Assembly (NCBI GenBank): GCA_002269645.1
Contig: NIVC01002653.1
Location: 88,771 to 152,770, forward strand
Length of the DNA: 64,000 nucleotides
DNA from: Macrostomum lignano
Lineage: Eukaryota
Direction: 5' to 3'
Shown piece by piece: positions 25,401-37,400 of the stretch. Each line of letters opens with the position of its first letter. The stretch's first letter is position 1. The notes under the pieces are model-generated. The model worked only from the letters and a program-made list of their open reading frames with translations, had not been told where the DNA came from and made no database searches. A program made the translations under genes and the position numbers.

Positions 25401-28400
25401 TTCATTGCCTTCATTGACCTCCAGTTGTCCTCACTCACCCAGCCGGCCGAACAGTTCGACTCCCAGCGCGGCAAAGATGAAGAACAGCAGGAAGAACAGC
25501 AGGCCCAGATTGCCGACCTGGGGCAGCGCCTGAATCACCGTGTCCAGCAGTGCGCGAATGCCTTTGGCCATCTTCAGCAGCTTTAACACTGCAGTGCGGT
25601 ATGGGACGGGGGCGCGGCTTCTGTAGGGGCTTGCAGTGGCTACCCGAAACTTACAGATTTCTATCTGAGTATAGTGCTGTGTGCACCCTGGCGCACTTTA
25701 AGAGACATTGTCGCACAACGGGCGAGAGGCAGTGCTGCCCATTCCGCCGACTCCCCGGAGCAGGCACACAAGCGCGCGGATACGTACGCAGTCATACGCA
25801 CAGGCACACAATCGCACAGGAGAGGACAGCGGCCCTGATTTTATTTATCGTTAGGCATGTACACTTTAATGTGACTGCACTTGGAATCGAGCCTAAGCAG
25901 CTGGCAAATCAGACCACTGGGTTACGGCCCCCGCCGTTTTAAAGATGGCGCCGTTTTGGGATGGCGCCGTTTTGGGATGGCGCCGTTTTGGGATGGCGCA
26001 GTTTTGAGATGGCGCCGTTTTGGGATGGCGCCGTTTTGGGATGGCGCCGTTTTGGGATGGCGCCGTTTTTGGATGGCGCCCTGGATGGCGCCGTTTTGGG
26101 ATGGTGCCGTTTATAGAAGGCGCCGTTTTGGGATGGCGCCGTTTATAGATGGTGCCGTTTTGGGATGGCGCCGTTTATAGAAGGCGCCGTTTTGGGATGG
26201 CGCCGTTTATAGGTGGCGCCGTTTTGGGATGGCGCCGTTTATAGAAGGCGCCGTTTTGGGATGGCGCCGTTTATAGATGGTGCCGTTTTGGGATGGCGCC
26301 GTTTATAGAAGGCGCCGTTTTGGGATGGCCTCGTTTTGAGATGGCGCTCATGTAGGCACGGACACTTTTACAATTTTAGGCCCAGTTTTAGTTCAACTCA
26401 TCTAGAGCTGGCTTCCCACCTGTTTCCAGCTCACCTCTTGCAATCCTCAGCACTCGCATCACTCGAATGATGGTCGGATTAATCGGGATGACCTTCGATT
26501 GCATCTCCTCCAGGATTATGCCGGCAATGGACAGAATCACAATCAGGACATCCAGCTGGTTCCACTTGTCCTTCATGTACCTGGCCAGTCCCAGCGCGAA
26601 TACCTTGAATATGGCCTCAACTACGAACACTGAGGTGAAAACGTAGTTGGTAATTTTTAAGCCCGTGTCCAGTTCCTGAAATGACCGAATGACGATGATT
26701 AATATCCGAGTTTTAATCAGGTTGAACCGAGGAATCAAATGTACAAAAGTACACATGTAATGAAGTACAAATGTAATTAATAAAGTACAGATGTAATAAA
26801 GTACAAATGTAATAAAGTACAAATGTAATAAAGTACAAATGTAATAAAGTACAAATGTAATAAAGTACAAATGTAATAAAGTACAAATGTAATAAAGTAC
26901 AAATGTAATAAAGTACAAATGTAATAAAGTACAAATGTAATAAGGTACAAATGTATTAAAGAAAGAATGTACAAAAGTACGAGTACAAATGTACAAAAGT
27001 GCAAATGTACAAAAGTACAAATATGTTAAAGTGCAAATGCACTGAATTACAAATTTACTAAAAAACAAATGTATTAAAGTAATAATATACTAAAGTAAAA
27101 ATTCAGAATTAAAAATGCACAAAAGTACACGTAATAAAGTACAAATGTACAAATGTACAAGTGCACTAAAGCTGAAGGACGCTAATGAACTTTCACTGGA
27201 AGCCGGTTTGCGTTAGCGAGATAGGAAGCCTCCAGATTTTTAAATAATAAAAACTACTTGGCTTTCCAATCCAGTTTCTAAATTAGAAGTCCTTGCCCAC
27301 CCAGCCACACCCCGGCACGCACCGGCGGCATCATGTAGAACTCCATCGCCATGGTGATCACGTTGACGCCGATTATTGTGGCGATGACCAAATCAAAGTA
27401 CTTGCTGTCCACGAATCTGTGCACCGTGGTGCGCCATCGGGAGTAATTTGCCCAGTAGGGCACCGCCCGGATGCCTGCACGGTGGGTCAGTTGGGTTGCG
27501 GCTTTGGAGTTTCCGTTTTGAGAACCCCGAAGTGTGTGGTTTTGCGACTCCTGAATGTTGGGGCTTTGGACCCTTAGGACTATGGTTTGGGATTTGAATG
27601 CTGGGGCTTTGGGATCCTTAGGACTATGGTTTGGGATTTGAATGCTGGGGCTTTGGGATCCTTAGGACTATGGTTTGGGATTTGAATGCTGGGGCTTTGG
27701 GATCCTTAGGACTATGGTTTGGGATTTGAATGCTGGGGCTTTGGGACCCTTAGGACTATGGTTTGGGATTTGAATGCTGGGGCTTTGGGACCCTTAGGAC
27801 TATGGTTTGGGATTTGAATGCTGGGGCTTTGGGACCCTTAGGACTATGGTTTGGGATTTGAATGCTGGGGCTTTGGGACCCTTAGGACTATGGTTTGGGA
27901 TTTGAATGCTGGGGCTTTGGGACCCTTAGGACTATGGTTTGGGATTTGAATGCTGGGGCTTTGGGACCCTTAGGACTATGGTTTGGGATTTGAATGCTGG
28001 GGCTTTGGACCCTTAGGACTATGGTTTGGGATTTGAATGCTGGGGCTTTGGGACCCTTAGGACTATGGTTTGGGATTTGAATGCTGGGGCTTTGGGATCC
28101 TTAATTTAACGACTTGGGATTCCTGAGTTCTGTTGCTTTTGCATTCTTAGGTTTATGGTTCAGATTGGGATTCCTGAATGCTGCGGAATCGGAAATCCTT
28201 TAGTTGTAAAATTCCTGAAAGCCCCCAATTCCGGGATACAAAATTGAGAGACAAAGCCAGTCATTTGTCTCAGTGTTCCACAGTGACCCCCATGAAAAGC
28301 AGAAAAAACTGCTCACGCCTCTTCTTCTTCTCCATCCGCCTGGCTCGCTTGGCCGCCCGGCGCGCCTTCTCCTCCTTCTCCTGGCTGGCGCGGCACTTGT

Positions 28401-31400
28401 GAAAGTTCTCAACCACCACCCCGACGAACATGTTGAGCACGAAGAAGCCCACAAGCAGCAGGAAGGAGATGAAGTACAGCAGCAGCCACTCGTTGTGATT
28501 CTCCTTTGGCTGCATGTTGACTCCGACAGCGTCCAGCCCGGTGTACATGATCTGCACCCAGCCGTCTTTTGAGGACAACACGAACAGGGTCATCAGAGCC
28601 TTGAGTGGTTGAGTTTGAGTTTGGTTTGAGTTGATTGAGTTGAGTTGGTTGAGTTGAGTTGGTTGAGTTGAGTTGGTTTGAGTTGTTTGAATTGAGCTGG
28701 TTGAGTTGGTTGAGTTGGTTGAGTTGGTTGAGTTGGTTGAGTTGGTTGAGTTGGTTGAGTTGGTTGAGTTGGTTGAGTTGGTTGAGTTGGTTGAGTTGGT
28801 TGAGTTGGTTGAGTTGGTTGAGTTGGTTGAGTTGAGTTGGTTTGAGTTGTTTGAATTGAGCTGGTTGAGTTGGTTGAGTTGGTTGAGTTGGTTGAGTTGG
28901 TTGAGTTGGTTGAGCTGGTTGAGTTGGTTGAGTTGGTTGAGTTGGTTGAGTTGGTTGAGTTGGTTGAGTTGGTTGAGTTGGTTGATTGAATTGATAATCT
29001 TGATTTATGTTAAATTATGTTATGTTATGTTTATGTTAGCCTTGAAAATGGCTAAAATGCAAACGCCACGCTTTCGAACAAGGCACCAATTAGCTTTCAG
29101 CAAAAGCAAAAGGAATGCAACGCCTTAAAATGCGACTTTACCTGTCCCAGATTGTCAAAGTTGTACAGGTGCCGTTTCCAGTGGTTCCTCTTGTCAGCCA
29201 GGCAGTCTGACTTGTTCACGACGTGCTTCACGTCGGGCCCTTCGCAGTAGAAGAATTTTCCCTTGAACAGCTGCACCCCCAGGATGCCGAATATGATGAA
29301 GAATGTGCAGCAGATGAGCACGATGTTGCCGATGGGTCGCAGCGAGGACAGCAGAGTCTGCACCACCAACTTCAGGCCCGGAGCTCGGCTGATCACCCGC
29401 AAGGGTCGCAGCGTTCTCAGCAGGCGGAATACTCGAAGAATGCCGAAAATTCGACTGCTACTGCCAACTAGTAGTGTAATGAGAATATCGACTAGGGACA
29501 CGGCAACAAGGAGGCCGTCCATCACGTTCCAGCCGCTTCGCAGGTAGGTGTGCTGCCCGAACACCAGGCCTTTGGACAGCACCTTGATCAGCATCTCCAG
29601 CGTGAATATGAAGGTAAAAGCGTTGTTGCTAACGCTAAGGAACTGCCGCTCCTGGAATGGGATGGCGATGGCCCGATTGGGGAAGTCTGAGAAATCCCGA
29701 TCCTCAATCTGAGAGATCCCCGACCCTCAAGCTGAGAGATCTCGATCCTCAAGCTGAGAGATCTCGACCCTCAAGCTGAGAGATCCCCGACCCTCAAGCT
29801 GAGAGATCTCGACCCTCAATCTGAGAGATCCCCGACCCTCAATCTGAGAGATACCCGATCCTCAATCTGAGAGATCCCGAACCTCAATCTGAGAGATCTC
29901 GACCCTCAATCTGAGAGATCCCGAGCCTCAATCTGAGGGATACCCGATCCTCAATCTGAGAGATCCCCGACCCTCAATCTGAGAGATCCCCGATCTTCAA
30001 TCTGAGAGATCCCCGATCCTCAATCTGAGAGATCCCGATCTTCAATCTGAGAGATCCCGAACCTCAATCTGAGAGATCTCGACCCTCAATCTGAGAAATA
30101 CCCGATCCTCAATCTGAGAGATCCCGATCCTCAATCTGAGAGATCCCGATCTTCAATCTGAGAGATCCCCGATCTTCAATCTGAGAGATCCCCGATCCTC
30201 AATCTGAGAGATCCCGATCTTCAATCTGAGAGATCCCGAACCTCAATCTGAGAGATCTCGACCCTCAATCTGAGAGATCCCGAGCCTCAATCTGAGAGAT
30301 CCCCGACCCTCAATCTGAGAGATCCCCGACCCTCAATCTGAGAGATCCCGAACCTCAATCTGAGAGATTCCCAACCCTCAATCTGAGGGATACCCGATCC
30401 TCAATCTGAGAGATCCCGATCCTCAATCTGAGAGATCCCGACCCTCAATCTGAGAGATCCCCAACCCTCAATCTGAGAGATCCCCGATCCTCAATCTGAG
30501 AGATCCCGATCTTCAATCTGAGAGATCCCGAACCTCAATCTGAGATATCCCCGACCCTCAATCTGAGAGATCCCCGATCCTCAATCTGAGAGATCCCCGA
30601 CCCTCAATCTGAGAGATCCCCGACCCTCAATCTGAGAGATTCCCGACCCTCAATCTGACAGGTGGCTTGTCAGTTCAAAGCGGTCTCACAATGCTGTCTG
30701 GCGGAATCGAAGGCCGCTCCATCGCCAGAGTGATGCAGTTGAGAGCGATGAAAAACAATACGGTGCAGTCGAACCACTTCTGCGACGTGATGGCCAAGCA
30801 AACAAGGCGAAATCTGAAGAATTAAGGACGATAAGACACCTGGCTCTCGTATCTTACTCGATTCTGGTAAAATAACTTATGACTGAGTTGAAGCGGTCAT
30901 GTGCAATAAAGCAGAGGCAAACTCTTCCCCACCTCACTTCTGTCTGTCATGAAACACCCACCTCACTCCAATCTCTCATGAAACACCCACCTCACTCCTA
31001 CCTCTCATGAAACACCCACCTCACTCCAATCTCTTATGAAACACCCACCTCACTCCAATCTCTCATGAAACACCCACCTCACTCCTGTCTGTCATGAAAC
31101 ACCCACCTCACTCCAATCTCTTATGAAACACCCACCTCACTCCTGTCTGTCATGAAACACCCACCTCACTCCAATCTCTTATGAAACACCCACCTCACTC
31201 CAATCTCTTATGAAACACCCACCTCACTCCAATCTCTTATGAAACACCCACCTCACTCCAACCTCTCATGGATAGTATTACATCATTACAAAGTTCTCCG
31301 CGGGTAAAACGGACTCACGGATTGTCCGGTGCAAAGACGTACAGCGCGTAGTTTTCTCTAGAGAAGAAAACTTTTTCAAACCAATTCGATTTCTGAAAGA

Positions 31401-34400
31401 AGGGCGTTAAAGAATTTAAGTAATCATTTGTGCGCATTTTCACAAATATAGTCAGAGATTTTCCAGCTCACAAGAGCCAGCTCATCCGAGCTGCAGCAGC
31501 TCGACTTGGCTTCCTTTGCTGCCACCTCATCGACAGTCTGCGGCCGGATCGCCGCACAGCTTCGATGCGACCGCCGGCTGCCGGGCTGCGACCGGTTGCT
31601 GCTGAAGCTGCCGGCTGCCGTCGGCGGACCGGCTGGCCCGGTCGGGTTTGGCGGCGTCGGCGCGCGGAAGATCCGGCCGTTGATGTTCCTGGCGCTGTGG
31701 TGGGCCGCCCCCGCCGCCGCCGCTATGGCGGATCCGTTGCAGATGGCGCTGTTTGGGAATGCGCAATGTCCAGCATCCGCAATGCCTGTCTGAGCTCTCT
31801 GATTGGCTCGCGTAGACTGCAGGCTGGACCTTTCATTCTGGGAGAGTGTTGGAGTTTGCAGATACGATTACTGACAGATGTGTTGTTTGGATTCTTATTT
31901 GAAGTTATTTCAGAGAACACCGCCTGCGGCTTACAGTCAGCGATCTGTCGATTGTCTCGATGCTGGATGAGCTGCACTGGAACGGTCTCGGATCGCACAG
32001 AGGCTGCTGCGGCTGCGGTTGCATTGGCAGCTCGTTGGCTGCCGGGCTGCCTTGCGGCGTCGTCTGAGGAGTCGCCGCCGTGTGCGTGATGATCGGCGGC
32101 ACCAGGCCTCTCGCGCAATCCAGGTAGAGACAGTGCTGCTGCTGCTGCTGCTGCTGCAGGTGGGGACTCGGTTGAAGATGCAGACTGCGAGGTGCTCCGA
32201 CTGGCGACTTCCCACCTGGGAAATTGATCACGGATTGCGGAGTAAGTTCTGGCATTTTTCTTTCGATTTGCGAATTAATTTAACATTTTCCTTTTTAATG
32301 GCTTATTGAATTAAGGAAAAGAAATCCAAATTCGCTTTTAAAGCTTTTCTCTAAACTCAATAAAAGCTGCTCAAAGTGGTGATTTTTCCTAGTTACTACG
32401 TCGTAATCATAATACGATAATACTAATATTTGAATACACCTGCCGTAATGGCCAGGTGTGCAACCGACAGCTCAGCCGCAGCTATTGCGCGGCGCATCTG
32501 AAGGCTGCTTACGGCTGTTCAGTCTAAGGACTGGGGGTCGCCATGCACACCCTCAATTACCCCAGCTAATGCTGGCACCCATTTTACAGCTGGGTGGACT
32601 GAAGCAATTCAGAGTTAAGTGTCTTGCTCAAGGACACAAATTGTTCCAGTGGGATCGGGAATCGAACCCCCGACCTTCACAGTTAGGAATAAGGTATAAT
32701 AGAAGAAAGTTATGAAAGGTCGAGATCACCTTTCCCAGGTGGATTATTCCCGCTCGCCTTCGGATCCGTCGCTCGTCGCGTTCCAAAGCCAGGGATTTTT
32801 CCCAGCGCCGACGTCGATATGGACGCCAGGCCGGCGCCGCTGTCATTCGAAGTCTTGCAGCTGTCGTCGGTGTCGAACTCCGTGGACTCTTTCTGAGATC
32901 CCTTGATTGAGCCGCCCTTCTGGAAGTGAGGCGCGCTTTCTATGCTGAATTGCCCACTGCTGCTTACGCACTCAGACAGTATATCAAAGCTAAATTGAGA
33001 TGACCCAGTCAATTTCCGGTGAACTCAGGAAAATTTTCCTTTCCAGATAAAACTGTGCAGAATGGATGATTTTGGAATCTACCGTAGTAAAACTGGATTG
33101 GTGCAGCGAGAGTGCGCTGGACTAAGTTCTCTACAATGGTAATGAATGTCTGACTTTTCTAAACAGTTGCTTGCATTGTTAATTTTTATTGCGCGTGTTA
33201 TGCTCAAATAAAACTCAAATGATCACTCCAGGTTAAACTAAAAGTAAGGGAATGCAGACAATAGGAATATAGACAAGGACGAGGTCGCAACTACAGTCTA
33301 TAACGTGCTTCAGTGAGGCATTAGAATACTCTTTTGTCCAAAGCATTGGTTGATTGACAGCTCGGGACTTGACTCAGAAACGCTGCTACAAGTGTCAATG
33401 CGCGACTTAATAAGTCTGCATTTTACGCCTGCAAAATTGTCAACAAAAACCAAAACAGCAGCTACAACAAGGCAAAATTTAAGCGGCAGAACTAACGAAA
33501 TCTACGATCAGGGATCTACAGACTGAAGCCAAAAATATGATCGTTTTACCTGGCGAAGCCGGTATTTTTCCATAATATAGTACTTTCTCTGCGCAAAGTC
33601 ACGTTTCGAATTTTGGGTGGAATTATTTATTTAAAATATTTTCTTGACAAACTATTTTTCTTTAGGTACTGGAAGAATTTCAAAGCAATGAGCTAAACAC
33701 TGAATCTGCCTCCTATCAAAAGCAATAACAATTTTTGTGCTGAAAAATTTAAAACCTCCTATCTCTGCAGTGTATTTTTCGGCGAAAATTGCCTTCAAAA
33801 CATTTACCATAGATTTCGAGTGTTGCGTCCTACATATATGTTACTTGAGCAGTCCTTGTTTTCACTCTAGAGTGCTCTTGCAAAAAAAGACAAAATCTAC
33901 CAGACAGTAGATCAAACAAAGGAAACGACGATTCCCCGGATTGAATTGAAATAAAAATAATAGCGACTTTCTCCGCTAGCAACAGACGAGTTTTGTTAAA
34001 AATGCAACAAAAGGCAAACGATATCAACAGAGGCTAACTATAAATAATTCTACTAGAGAGTAGCTCAGAGTAGCACGCCATTGCAGTCTGCCTAGTGGAT
34101 GCACTCAAATCCTGCAGAAATTCTCCTGGACTCACCTCGCTAGAAAATCCCTCCACAAGGATGGCAACCAGCAGATTAAACAGCACGTAGTTTCCGAACG
34201 TCATGAGGGCGATGAAGTACAAAGCTGCCCAAGACGAAGTTCTGGCCATGCCGTTGTAGAGCACAATGTTCCAGTCCTCCTGGGTCAGAACCTGCATTTG
34301 TTAAGGTTTCAATAAATCTTTCAATGAAGGATCAGATTGGAGGAACCCCTTACTAATAGTAGCTAAGCTAGGAGGTTGCAATGCTTTGCAATAAAGTCGG

Positions 34401-37400
34401 GTACGCGAAATTTTGGTCTCAAGGCACTGGTTTTGATAGCGAACTGAATATGTACTAAATCCAGTGTGTTCTCTATGCTCTAGTAACGTTCTCTACTTAA
34501 AGAACGTCTTTTAGTTTGATCGCGTTAAATGAAAAGCCGTCGTTGCTCACCTGAAACACGGTGACCAGAGACCACATGATGGTGTCAAAGTTGGCCCGGT
34601 CGCAGGTGCAGTCGCTGTTGGGATCGGCTCGCTCGCTGCAGCTGCAGGTGCTGCCGTCTGGGTGCCAGCAGAATTTGCCGCCGAAAAGAGTCATGCCCAG
34701 CACGCTGCGGGTCGGGCACGTTTTTCAAGGAGGGTTTAGAGTCATTGGAGACAGTTGTTTGGACCATACATGCGAGTTTGAACTTTTGGAATCACCCGAC
34801 CGACCGTTCCTGCATGTACTGGCAACGCACACACTTGTACATCGCTATCGGATTAGAGCTACTGGATTGGATGCGACCATTGGTGTGAGTCGTCAAAAGC
34901 TTAGCGTGGATCTTTGATAACTTAATGAGTCATCGATAGACTACATGCAGTGTACTTCAGTAACTCATCGACGGTTTAATTTGGAATAAAGACAGCTTTG
35001 CTTTTTGGGTCGTAAATTGATTAATTTGATTGAAGTTTGAATCCTATACAGTTTGAAGTTTAATATACTCGATTCCTGACGACTAATCATGAGAAACTGT
35101 TCAGTTAAGTCTACAGGAAGTTTTGAGTCGTATAGTTTTTCGCCGTTGTTGTTAATGAGCAGCCTGGACCAGTGACTTTTTAGGTCAAGGACCATTCGAT
35201 CAGCTTCCCTGACCGTAAAGAAAGCCTACCTAAAAATGAAGATGAAGAGCACCAACAGAGCGAAGAATGTGGCCACGTTGTCCATGGTCTTGATCATGAC
35301 GAACAGCTGCTGGCGGAGCGCTGGCAGGAACCTGACTAGTTTGAGTATGCGGAGCAGGCGGAATGTGCGCAGTACAGATAATCCGCTGTTGCCGTCTTGG
35401 ATGAGCTCGAAAATGCTGCAATGATGAGGGACTTTCAGATTGAGTAATCGCTCAGTTTTAATGTGAATCAGTCTGGTCACACTCGAAAACAAGCCAGGGT
35501 GCCAGTATCTGCCCCTGACTTTTGCATCGTCGGGCTAACCAAAATCTCGAAGTCTCTTACCAAATTTCACAGCACCCAATTTGGAATGACATTTTTAGGT
35601 TGCGAAATGAGAGGGAAACGCCAAGCATAAGCACATATACTATACGTCGTTACCTTAGAATGACGATGCTGGCATCGAAAACGTTGAAGCCGCTGCTGAT
35701 GTAATTGAAGAATCCTTCACCAACCAGCTTAAGCAGCATTTCAAGCGCGAACACAACGCAAAACACCAAATTGCTGTACTCAATGAACTCAGTCAGCTGC
35801 TTGGGCTGAAATAAATCCAGAATTTGAGGTTGTGTAACTTACGTTTTTTCCTCACGTAAATTTACTATTTAGGAAGGTTTATAGGTTCAACAATACCTGG
35901 TCGTGGTACTCGATGCCCATACTGAATGTATTGATTAGAATGGCCAACAGGATGCCACGTTGGAAAAATCTGTGCTCAACAAGTCTCTGAATTGAGTCTC
36001 GGATTCGGTGGAAGACATCGGTCACAGCTGGTTGATTTTTTAGGGTTGGAAATGTGGATTATCAGAACAATATCCGCGATACAAGAACTGGGCGATCGGA
36101 CTAACCTGAAACTGACCAGCAGGACCATCTCGTCGGAGCGGCCGGTTTGTTGGAGCCGGGCGTTCCCGACCTCAGCCAGTCGTCGTCAGCTTGCTGCTCT
36201 TCTGCATGACAGCAAGTTCATCATCCAGAAATGAGTAAAGTTATACAACGTCTTCTTTTCTCATGCGATAAACCAACATATAGCACGCTAGCAGCCCTTG
36301 AAACTTAGAAGTTGCTTTAGAAAGAAACGGGCATAATCCGATATGGAAAACGCTGTCCAATGGTCATCATCAATCTGTGTGCAGAGCTTATTTGTGCTTA
36401 TTTTCAAAGAGCTTAGCCTAAGTGGTCCAGTGCGGTGCTCCGATGTTCCATCGTCCCAGGCTCGATTCCAAGTGCAGTCACATTAATTTGGGGCTGAATT
36501 GGAGTCTCGGCTTGGCTCTGCTCGTGCAATTAACGGCCTTGAGGGCCAACCCCAAGGCACAGTGAAGTGTACATGCCTAACGATAAATAAAGTTTGGGCC
36601 GCTGTACACACCTGTGTGAGTGTGTGCCTGTGCGTATGACTGCGTACGTATCCGCGCGCTTGTGTGCCTGCTCAGGGGAGTCGGCGGAATGGGCAGTAAT
36701 GCCTCTCACAGGTTGTGTGACAATGTCGCTTGAAGTGCGCCAGGGTGCACACAACCCCCCTGCCGACCCATCTAATGTTTTAGCATTGTACTAGCAATCT
36801 ACGCCCCCCGTTGGGGGGCCAAAGAAATGCAATACACGTTTTTTAATAAGCTACATGTAGCCTTGAAATCTTAAAAAATATCCTGTTAAACTTCTAACCC
36901 TAACCCTAACCCTCACCATAACCCTAAATTTAATATTTGTCTATTATTTTTTGCATGACGCTTTCATTATTTATTGCATGACGCTTCCATTATTTTTTGT
37001 ATGACGCTTCCATTATTTTTTGCATGACGCTTCCATTATTTTTCACATGACGCTTCCATGATTTTTCATATGACGCTTCCATTATTTTTGCATGACGCTT
37101 CAATGATAAACATTTTTAATAAGCTACATGAGCTAAGTTATAAGCTACCCTAACCCTAGCACTAACCTGAATCTTAAAGATGTAACCATGAACCTAACCC
37201 TAAACCCAAACCCTAATACCAACCCTAACACAAACCCTACAGCCTGACATCTGCATAAGTTTGTGAAGCGCTAGTAGTATTTTTTAGCTTAGTATCTTAG
37301 CGCAGTACAAGCTTAAAATGCAGTACAAGTTTTGTAATAAACTACATGTAGCATCTCTTTGCATTGCAATATACCTCAGCAGTCCCTTAAAAGCCTTGAC

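Noticed and set aside
28270-28316. Exon 25c-type alternative donor extending the III-IV linker
   Set aside because: No in-phase GT donor between the used donor and the next stop.
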